64,000 bases of DNA from Octopus sinensis (taxonomy: Eukaryota). The notes beneath the pieces were generated by a model. It made no database searches. It was given only the letters and a program-made list of their open reading frames with translations, and was not told the origin of the DNA. This document shows positions 50,537-60,199 of this stretch, piece after piece; positions within the stretch are counted from its first letter, which is position 1; every line of letters begins with the position of its first letter. The translations under genes were made by a program, and so were the position numbers. Location: positions 77,748,001 to 77,812,000 of the forward strand of contig NC_042997.1 of NCBI RefSeq assembly GCF_006345805.1, given 5' to 3'.

Positions 50537-50746
50537 CCTCCCATCTGGCTTCAAAATAATAGCAATCATCCCTTCCTTCTGACTTCATAACAATAAAAAA
50601 CATTAACAAACAATCATTCCGCTTGGCTTCAGAGAGAAAAGAAGAAAAAACACTATGAAAATTTGTACTGCACTTTAGACACTCATGAAAATGTAGTTCT
50701 CTCCATCCGGCCACCACCTCCCTGCCAAATAACATATTTCCAAACA
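50537..50746 (-). CDS. Candidate 210-bp coding exon (MLFGREVVAGWRELHFHECL...DCYYFEARWE)
   Basis: Strong acceptor ccattcatttttcag; 70-codon open frame with coding-like composition; weak donor G|gttaaa. Confidence 0.45.
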
Positions 50747-51083
50747 CTGAAAAATGAATGGCTGCACAACAACGCTAAAATAACATAAAATAAATAAAAC
50801 TTATATTACTATTTATATAAATTTCCTATTGCTTAATGAAGATTTATAGCTTCCGAAGGTCCCACAGTTTCTGATTGTTAGATGTATGAATTTGTGAATA
50901 GCAGTGGTTGGGGTGTATATGGCAAGTATACGGAGAATGCACTGTAATTCTTAATAACAATAATATTGAGAGGGGAATATATGGATATGTGTATGTTTGT
51001 AAGGTAAATTAATTTAAGAGACGAAAACACTGAGCTCGATAATGTTAAAAATATAAACGTGATACAAAAAAAAGTTAACTTAC

Positions 51084-51400
51084 TTGAGCAGACGAAGTTT
51101 AACAGATTCCGAACGGATAGTCTCCGAACGTGGCTTGCCTTGGCACATTGTTTTTAATCGACTGAGAGAAAGAAAGGGCTGCTGCTAGCGGAGACAAATC
51201 CACCGCATGAAGAGTGGACAAAAGAAACGTGAGAAAACGGTTTGGAGAAGACAATGCTGTCCTTTACTGTGTGCTGGCCATAACTCCTCACTTCAACTGT
51301 TGCACTATGACACGAACACAAACGCAAGCGATATAGATATAAACTGAACCTATACCTTCAAAACCAAGACTCGACTCTCTCTCTCGACGACTACTTCTGT
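51084..51400 (-). promoter_or_regulatory. Candidate first exon / CpG-retaining promoter region
   Basis: Perfect donor CAA|gtaagt at 51084; locally high CpG content; several short upstream ATG ORFs. TSS position unknown. Confidence 0.45.
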
Positions 51401-52875
51401 CTTGTAAAGTAGTGATGCAGTTGCCAGTACCTTCTAGCTAAACAGTCTCTTATAACGGCGGAACAATCAATATTTTTCTGTTTGTACGACGACACCTCCA
51501 GCCATCACTACTAACAAATAACAGCAATGACAAATTATTTAACCAACTGTTCTTAACATAGGAACCAGGAATCTAGCGGAAGAAGAATTGTCAGTTATAT
51601 CGATCCTAGCACTCCTAGAATGATAAAAGAAAAGTTCACGACGCCGAGATTTGAACTAAGAGCGTAATTAAATACCGCAAGGTATTTTGTCCAACGCTCT
51701 AGCGATTTTTTATTTCTTTTATATGGAGAGAGAGATGATTTCTGATATATGCACAACGCTCCAAATCAGCACTGTCCCAGCTGACTGATGAATAATAAAA
51801 TCCCGACTTTTTGTATAGCTGGGGTTATATTACCAATACCCCACCCCCTTTTTTTTTTAAAGAAGCGGGATGTGACTAACAGATTTGGATGCTATTTTTA
51901 ACAAATCAATAGACTGAGTCGAGGCTCCCTAGCTAGCTTGTTTTATGCTACAATTTTGTAAGAAAGATATGTAGTTGATCGAATCAACTTTCAGCATATT
52001 CCTGATAGTCACTCTGCTTACAATTGATTAACACAAGGGACAAATGACACATGCATACTTTTCTCAAGTGATTTCAAGTGGGAATCAAAATTGCTACAAG
52101 AACTTTTGCTGCTTGAAAATTGTTTTTTCTAGTCTATGACGCCTTGAAGTGTTGTTGTTGTTGTTATCGTTTCTGGAGTTTCCCTTTAAACTCGATAAAA
52201 ACCAGTGAAATTCAATCTCTTATAACAAAATTTAAAACAAAAATAGTAAGAAAAGTGGCCTTGTGCCTAGGTAAAAGAAACTGGCGATCTTACGGTTCTA
52301 GTACCGTTTACGTCAAACGTAAGATCGCCAAGAAACTATTATTTTATTTCGATTCGGATCAAAAATTAAACTTATTTGCGATATTTGTGCACTCCCTGTC
52401 AAACTCCTTATCAATCTATTTGTCAACTGCGAAAGAGGAAGTTTTTTTTTGTTTGTTTTTATCTTCCTCGTTTTGCAGTGGTTAGGGCTAGCTAATGTGC
52501 GTTAGGGGATATAATGGATGCAGTGAATTATTTTTTATGGTTTTAAATTGGGTGAGTGATTACAGGAAAATTTGGTTATGAATTCTAACAGATGACACGA
52601 CCGCATAAAAGTGAAATAAAAAAAATTGAAATTATTCAATAAATAGTCTTTTATGAGGGAGAATAACTAACAACACGTGTTTCTTAACTGCACCAAAAAT
52701 ATCTCATGATTAAGTTAACTGCAAGCATAGTGGCAAAGCGGCTGCCAAGACAAAATTGGCTAAAAGTTTGACAAAGTGAAAATTTACTTGTTAAGGTTAT
52801 CGCTACAGATATTCTATAGAAATTATAGCCAGCAGGTATTGACTTCAAAAACACGTTTAATAAACTTTATAGTAT

Positions 52876-54159
52876 ACTAGCAGTATCGCCCGGCGTTGCT
52901 CGGGTTTGTTTCGACCCTTTGGAATTGGAATTTTTGAAAAGTAAAAATTTTGCATTATGTAGCTTGTTATTCTCTTTACGTGAACATTTTTCTGGTTGAA
53001 ATACACCGAAAAATGGCGACACAGCAGTCAAAAAAATCGTAAAAAACAGGGATTTTCGCAGAAAAAAAGCACCTTTTTGATGTAAATAATTTTTTATCTT
53101 AACATGGTCCGATTTGAATTTTATCTTCTACGGAATGAAGAGCAAGCCTTCTTCTATCATACTCTCAATTTTGGTCAACTTGCGCCGCAGGGTCTCGGAG
53201 GTGATAGTGTTAATTGAAGGCTACCAAACCTTAATTTTTTATTATCCATAAAGACATACATAGAATGGATGATACAATCACGGATGATTTTACATTTAAA
53301 GCGCAATTTGGGGTCGATAAAAATATAACATGATTTTATATAAAACGAATGAATAAACAACACAATGGACATTTTTTAAACAAATGGAGTGGGGCGGGTT
53401 TACGGACCCCACGAACCCCGCCTCTTCACTGACCTCAGTTTTTTGGCTTATCTCGCATTTTATACATGACATTCTTCCATCAAACACTTTCTTACTCAGG
53501 CACCTCCTCTCCAGCCCTATTTGTCTCTTTAGGTGGAATATAAAAAATTCCACCAAACCAGGACCAGAGATGAAGTTGCCTGACATCAACCCTCTCATCC
53601 TTGTCTTCCATACTACCTGTTTCGCAACTGCTACCACAGAGAGAAAACAATTCTTACCTTCTTTCGTTAAGAAATCTGGCGGGTCAATTTTCACTATGGA
53701 TTCAGTTGAAAGCTGTGCTCTTCCTCCACCTCACAACAGTTGTTCGGCAAGGGGCTAAACACAGAGGAGACAAACAATGACATACAAACGGATTAAGTCG
53801 ATTACATCGACCCCAAGGCTGGAGAAGAAGTGCCTGAGTAAGAAAGTGGGTTTGTGCCGAACATGTCTTACACCTCCGGACACTGCACAATCGCGTGCGA
53901 GACGGTTTCCCTGTCTCGCCCACATCTTGGACAGATCGGGGTGTCGTGGCCATCATGCCTTGAGAGTTTATCCCGAACAGGTAAGGCACCTCGGTAAGAC
54001 TACCATGCCAAGGACTTCTGAAAATTATCCAGGGTCCTCGGCTCGAATGTACGTTGGAACAGTCTGGCCAACTGATTATCGTCGAAACCTAAGGTCTCCC
54101 CTAATGTATCATTGCAAACCTGCCATACACAGACAACTTCAGCTTTATATATATAGATT
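52876..54159 (+). mobile_element. Helentron/HINE-like element copy 2, split by a Tx1 insertion
   Basis: 52876-53231 and 54115-54159 together reconstruct the 8904-9294 copy. Confidence 0.8.
53232..54114 (-). mobile_element. 5'-truncated Tx1/L1-clade LINE with 7-bp TSD CAAACCT
   Basis: C-terminal ORF pieces LDNFQKSLAW, C..C...ET..H..V.C, FLSVVAVAKQVVWKTR..LERR, homologous to 62990-63316. TSD at 53225-53231 and 54115-54121; A-rich tail. Confidence 0.85.
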
Positions 54160-54714
54160 ATGATTGCATTACGAAATACCACGTACTCACAAGTCATTAG
54201 TAAAGCGAAAGTGACGTATTAAACACAAAAGTCGCCAAGTATTTAGATACACCCGTCTCATCATTTTTATTCATACTAGTCAAACTTGTCCCTTATTGTA
54301 TTCCCACAGTCGGTAAAATAAAGACATTTTTAATACATTGATTAAATAAAACCGACTCCATTCTCAGCTAGTATTTATTTTATCGATTCAGAAAGAAAGA
54401 AAGTCAGCCTTTGGAAATTTGGGGCGGATTCTGCCAATTAATATATTGAAAAGTATGCAATCGACTAAATTCCTCTCGTGAAAATTAGTAAATGTAACCT
54501 TTATTATTATCTCTGCTGTTAGAGGTTGATTATCATTTGAAATAAATAATATTTCAGCTCACGCGACAAAATCGTTGAGATTGGATGACGATAGTTTGAA
54601 TACTATATAATTATCACCATGTCATAATCTAGCAGATATCTCGTTTATCAAAGTCACTTTATCACAGTCTCAACAATTCCCTCTAATAAAAAAAAAAATG
54701 ACAAGTCAGAATTC

Positions 54715-55050
54715 ATCATCATCGTCGTCCTCTTTTAACACCAACTTTTCCGTGCTAGCATGGATCAGAAGGAATTTGTTCAAGTAAATCTTCTTCGGCC
54801 GGATTTCCTTCTTGTCGCCAGCCCCCACTTGTTTCCAAGTAAGGTAATATGAGCCCATAGCCAGACGTTTTCACTGGAAATGAGAAATGAACGATTCTGC
54901 TTGTATGACAATGACGCTCTTTTACAAGGATCACACAGTGCCAAGACAAGAGGACACACACACAGTTCAAATTTACAGAAAACAAAAGACGAAGACAAAA
55001 ATACAACACAAAGGAGGAGGCTTCACACTTTCTCTCGTGCTCTCTTATCC
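54715..55050 (-). mobile_element. Short element with RTE-like (TGA)n tail
   Basis: (TCA/TCG)n, TTTTCCGTGCTAGCATGG tail motif; related to 22130-22325. Confidence 0.5.
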
Positions 55051-55591
55051 TCTCACTTTCTCCTATTCTATTCTTCTATGATAACCTAACTGTTCTTATT
55101 TGCATACTGGTGTATTTGAGGGCCTAATGTCTTCGTGTTATATTTTGTCTGAGTAATGCCAATGAATGACGCTGGTGGCCTTTGTTCATGTAATTGATGT
55201 TTGCTGGTCTTATGAAACGCTTGTACATTACATAAAACATTAATGCTAATTGTGTTTCCAGTGAGCCTTCTTTTTATATACAGCATACAGACTCCACACA
55301 CTAACCTTTCTGGAGTTACAAGGATTGTCTGACTACCTTGGAGGAAAGAGTTGAGCATGGAACCAATCTACTACGCTGATACTTTTTGGTAATGTGTTGC
55401 ACTTATTGAATTATATGATGGGCTTCTTTCAATTTCCAGCAATCAAATCCACTTACAAGGCCTGAGAACATAGTAAAAGGCCTAAAATGCTGTGCAATAG
55501 GACTGAATGTGAAACCACACTGTTGGGAAGCAAACTTATAACCACAGAGTCAATTATCTTATTTGATTTTGTAATAACCCCTTTATGGTGG

Positions 55592-55631
<40 letters not shown>

Positions 55632-55632
<1 letters not shown>

Positions 55633-56190
55633 CATGCCCTGATGCAGTACCAGGCAGTGGCTCTTGTGGTTTCTGATCTTAACTGATTGGAAGTGTTATC
55701 ATGTACATTGTTTTGTCTTGGTATAAAAGATGGGCTATAGCAAATATTCTGCTCACTTCCACAGATTTGCTTGTCAGTTGCTTGACCATTACCAGTTGAG
55801 CATGTCCCTTAGTGGCTGACGATATGTGCACCTCTGATCACAAGCTGAAGTAATGGGGGAGCATGATAGCTATGTGTTGAGAGGGATTGTTTGGGGTTTG
55901 AATAATTCACCTCTGGAAACATGGGTGTTTCGTTCAACATCCTTAAACAACCCTTAATCAGGGACCTTTTGAGCAGGATGGTTTACTTGACCAGACGAAA
56001 ATTCTAACTGGGCCCCACCTGCAAGGTCATATGCTGTTTATCTTGATATGAGATCACCATGTTGTGCATATATGGTTGTGATGCATGTGCCTAGTGTACC
56101 TTTATCAGACAGGCAGTCATGATGGGTATACTGGGCTTCGTATATTTTACCCCAGTGTCACTTTGATGACATGCACTGCTCTCTCCCTCA
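55632..56190. mobile_element. Unclassified ~560-bp non-coding interspersed element flanked by (TAA)n
   Basis: GC-richer block between (TAA)n at 55598-55631 and TAATAACAATAA at about 56192. No TIRs or ORF; mobile nature inferred. Confidence 0.45.
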
Positions 56191-56199
56191 TTAATAACA

Positions 56200-56425
56200 A
56201 TAATCCTTTCTACTATAGGCACAAGGCCTGAAATTTTAGGGGAGGGGGCCAGTCAGTTACATCGACCCCAGTACTCAACTGGTACTTATTTTATTGACCA
56301 CAAAAGGATGAAGGGTAAAGTAAATCCTGGTGGAATTTGAACTCAGGATGTAAAGATGGACGAAATGCCACTAAGCATTTTACCCAGTGTGCTAAAAATT
56401 TTTCTGCCAGCTCACCACCTTAATA
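56200..56425 (-). mobile_element. tRNA-derived SINE with Meta-domain-like core
   Basis: Minus: GGTGAGCTGGCAG head, GAGTTCAAATTCC B box, TTTACCCTTCATCCTTT...AAGTACCAG core; homologous copies at 57635-57850 and 59615-59815. Confidence 0.75.
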
Positions 56426-56438
56426 ATAATAATAATAA

Positions 56439-57610
56439 TGGATAGAATGAAATCCAAGCAGTTAATATATGGGTGATAGCATCACTTCAATATGTAACAG
56501 GAATTATAAAATGGCAAAAGAGAAAAATGAAGAAAATGGATACCAAGAACAGAAAAATGTCAACAGTACAGGGAGCCTTCCACCCTAAGAGTGACACTGA
56601 TAGGCTGTACTTGTCCAGAAGAAAGGGAGAGGTTGATCAGTTGAAGAAAACTGCCTATAAAAAATGCTGTGGAGCCACTGTTGAAACACATGATGAAGGC
56701 CAGCATCATCAAAACTGAAAATTGTGTAACTAAAGAAAAATTTAAACAAAAAATGAACAAAAAAAAAAGCATAGAAGGGAAAAAATGTACGGTCAGTTTG
56801 CAAGAGATGTAAATGCCAAGACACATACAGAGGACCAGTGGCTATGGATTAGGAGGAGTGACCTGAAGATAGAGACAAAAGCACTTATATGTGCAGCTCA
56901 GGAACAAGCATTAAGGACCAATTATAAGAAGTGCAGATTTGAGAACACTACTGATAGCAACTAATGCAGAATGGTTGGTGAGGAATGAAATGGTATGGCA
57001 CATCGTTAGTGAATACCTGAAATTGGCACAACACAAATACAAACAACGCCATGACAATGTGGCAAGAATGATCCATTGAGAGCTCTGTGGAAATCACGGC
57101 CTACAAAGAGCAAAGATGTGGTATGAGAAAACACCAGGAGTTACCAAAAATGAGAACTGCAAAAGTCTGTGGTATGTAGTGATCCAGTGTGATCACCTGA
57201 CCAGACATAAGAAACCGGACATTGTCATAGTGAATAAAAAAGTAAGAACATGTATGATAATTGACAAAGCATGCCCCAGTGACAACAGGATCAATGTGAA
57301 AGGAGAAGAAAAAATAAGCAACTATGATGATTTAAAGTGGGAAACACGAAGATTGTTGTCAATGAAGAGAGTAGACGTAGTGCACTTGGAAGTATCAGCA
57401 CTCAGCTATCAATATGGCTGAAAAAGATTGATGCAAGTGTGAAGGTAGAACACCTACAAAAATTAGCATTATTTGGAACTGCAAGAATTCTTCGCAGGGT
57501 TCTTGAAGCATGACCAGTAAACAAGTGTCACCTTAGTCTGCTAGCTGTGGACAGCTGACACTTTCCATCAGACCCAGCAAAATAAGATGTGAATTTTCAT
57601 ATAATAGCAA
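56439..57610 (+). mobile_element. 5'-truncated Dong/R4-clade RLE LINE in (TAA)n
   Basis: FHPKSDTDRLYL, LICAAQEQAL, CR..(zinc knuckle)..HIVS, RHDNVARMIH, KPDIVIV..IID, LFGTARILRRVL; TAA repeats on both flanks. Confidence 0.9.
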
Positions 57611-57634
57611 TAATAATAGTAATGATGAGAATAT

Positions 57635-57850
57635 CAAATTTTGGTACAAGGCCAGCAAGTTCAGGGGAGGGGGTAAGTTGATCGCATTGACCCCAGTACT
57701 CCACTGGTACTTATTTTATTGAACTCCTCAAAGGATGAAAGGAAAAGTTGACCTCAGTGGAATTTGAACCCAGAATGTGGAGATGGACGAAATGCTGCTA
57801 AGCATTTTCCCCAGCATGCTAGTGATTCTGCCACCTTGCCACCTTAATAA
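57635..57850 (-). mobile_element. tRNA-derived Meta-type SINE
   Basis: Homologous to 56200-56425. Confidence 0.75.
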
Positions 57851-58879
57851 TAATAATAATAAAATCTTAATTTCTTCACATTCTGAAATCCTCACTTCAT
57901 GATGGGTTGTTAGGTGCTAAACCATTAGGCAAATCTTATTTCATCCTGAATACCACATTGGTCATCCCAGCTCTCCTTCCTAAATTGAGGAATACAGGTA
58001 ACCAGAGGTATGCAGAATGAAAGACTTGCAGTGAATTTGAAGTCTCTTGAATTGATAAGTCTGCCACTTACCTTGTTAACTAAATAGCAGTAACAAGGAC
58101 AGCACTCACTCTCTGATCTGAATTGTATGTAATCAGTCAAAATAACATTTCCATTGTTACCTCTATTGGAGTCCTAATCATGCTCAATGTAATATGACCC
58201 TCACAAACCTTATGCGTTCAGCAGGGGATGGGGGTTACATATTAACCCTCACCCCATCCATTTACACAGTAAGTGCTATGACATTGCAGCACAGATATTG
58301 ACATCTCAAGAGTGGTTATTAACTAACTGCATTCCACATGGGAACTCATTGTCTTGTCATGATCTCCCTTTACTGCCAGCAACTAACATTAACACAACAC
58401 CAATAGCTAATATCACCACCCCTACCATTACTACCACAGTCAACATCTTATTATTATTATTTCTAGTACTGCCATTGCTACAACTACAATCATCATTGCT
58501 GCGGCCGCTGTTGCTGCTACTACTACTACAAGTTAAAGTACTATCATAACTAGCACTATCACCTGTACCGATAACACTGCTACTAGAAGCCAAGGAGGGA
58601 ATCTCTAGATAGTCATAGAAACAGCTGCTAATTTCCTTTTGAATCAAACCTAAAATAACACATTGGGTAACATATTCTTGGATACACTATCTGAAAATAA
58701 AATAGAATGGTTACCATTGCAATAGCTTCGATTATAGGTCTGTTTGATGAGGGTTGTTTAAGGACTAAATATCAACAACACTATGACCACCACCACCATC
58801 ATTGCAACAGCAACATCACAACTATTGTGCAAACATTATTTACACTTGACGGATATTTGTCCTCATCTTGCTTGTTGTT

Positions 58880-58924
58880 AACGCAATGTTTCGGCTGATA
58901 TATCCTCCAGCCTTCATCAGGTAT
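58880..58924 (-). ncRNA. Second, more decayed hammerhead motif in the inverted arm
   Basis: Minus: ATAC-CTGATGA-A-GGCTG-GAGGATATAT-CAGCC-GAAAC-ATT-GCGT. Confidence 0.6.
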
Positions 58925-59198
58925 CTTGGGGAAATTTCGAACCTGGGTTCTCATTCTTGAGGTATTTTCGATGTTGCTATTATTATTATTATTATTATTA
59001 TTATTATGGCATAGTGGTTAAGAGCATGGGCTACTAACCCCAAGATTCCGAGTTCGATTCCAGGCAGTGACCTGAATAATAATAATAATTATAATAATAA
59101 TAATAGTAGTAGTAGTAGTAGTAGTAGTAGTAGCAGCAGCAGCAGCAACATCAAAAAATACCTTAGGAATGAGAACTCAGGTTCGAAATTTCTCGAAG

Positions 59199-59242
59199 AC
59201 ACCTGATGAAGGCTGGAGGGCATATCAGCCGAAATATTGTGC
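59199..59242 (+). ncRNA. Minimal hammerhead ribozyme motif (palindromic stem III)
   Basis: ACAC-CTGATGA-A-GGCTG-GAGGGCATAT-CAGCC-GAAA-TA-T-T-GTGC. Confidence 0.7.
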
Positions 59243-59614
59243 TAACAACAAACAAGAGGAGGACAAGTATCCGTCAAGTGTAAATAATGTACATAATTCC
59301 TCATCTCTTAAATGTAAAACTATTGTACAAACACTACTATAATTTCCTCCACAAAGATTACATCATTCTTACCACCTCTCCAACACTACCATTATCACTT
59401 TATCACCATAACCAGTTCACCTATTATACAATCATTACATCATTATTTAGCAAGAGCCAAGAAAAGAAACCTCTATGTGGTCAGCTGACATGTTAACAAT
59501 AGTGACCAAATCTCCTTCAAATCACATCCTAAAATCTATTTTTAAAAAAGCAGGATACATTTGATGATACTGTCTCAAATATAGAAAAATATATGGCAAT
59601 TATTATATTGATTT

Positions 59615-59815
59615 CTGATTCTGGTACCAGGCCAGCAGTTTCAGGAGAGGAGTAAGACAATTATATCAACCCCAGTGCTCAACTAGTACTTATTTTATCA
59701 ACCTTGAAAGGATGAAAGGCTAAGGCAACTTCAGCGGATTTGAACTCAGAACATGAAGATGAACAAAATGCTGCTTAGCATTTTGCCTGGTGTGTTAATG
59801 ATTCTGCCAGCTCAC
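59615..59815 (-). mobile_element. tRNA-derived Meta-type SINE
   Basis: Homologous to 56200-56425. Confidence 0.75.
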
Positions 59816-59819
59816 AAAG

Positions 59820-60196
59820 CACAACACCAGACAAGGCTGTTTGTAATTACAGAGGTATCAAGTTGTTGGATCAGGTAATGAAAGTCACGGAGAGGGTTAT
59901 AGCCCAACTAATTAGGGAGAGTCAGTTTAGATGAGATGCAGTTTGGGTTTGTGCCAGGAAAAAGCACCACTGATGCTATATTTATAGTAAAACAGCTGCA
60001 GGAGAAATACCTAGCCAAAGATAAACCTCTGTACCTGGCTTTCGTTGACATGGAGAAAGCCTTTGACAGGGTCCCTTGATCCCTTATCTGGAGGTCAATG
60101 AAGAAACTAGGGATAGATGAATGCTTAGTGAGAGCTGTACAAGCCATGTACAGGGATGCTGTCAGTAAGGTGAGGGTTGACAACGAGTACAGTGAA
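59820..60196 (+). mobile_element. Internal RT fragment of RTE LINE
   Basis: NYRGIKLL, QFGFVPGKSTTDAIF, LAFVDMEKAFDRVP. Confidence 0.9.
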
Positions 60197-60199
60197 GCC

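Larger units (their letters stand above)
58833..59310. mobile_element. Fold-back composite: tRNA-headed SINE with hammerhead-bearing tail plus an inverted headless copy
   Basis: Inverted arms 58833-58978 and 59144-59290; tRNA-like A/B-box head 59007-59061; (TAT)n and (AAT)n spacers. Confidence 0.85.

Noticed and set aside
50537-50746. Faint resemblance to DNAAF9 (WRNLHFHC) or REC114 (RRVDCLL)
   Set aside because: Only 5-6 residue matches with discordant context, so no gene symbol was assigned.
52240-52290. Peptide TKIVRKVALCL resembling TKISRKIALCL at about 25350-25381 (minus)
   Set aside because: The 52.26-kb segment matches the SINE end motif GGCCTTGTGCCTA; short coincidental similarity.
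59007-59074. Possible functional tRNA gene
   Set aside because: The acceptor stem is missing, the anticodon ACT is atypical and it is embedded in a repeat; a SINE head. The tRNA-Leu match at 5308-5326 is likewise only a PBS.
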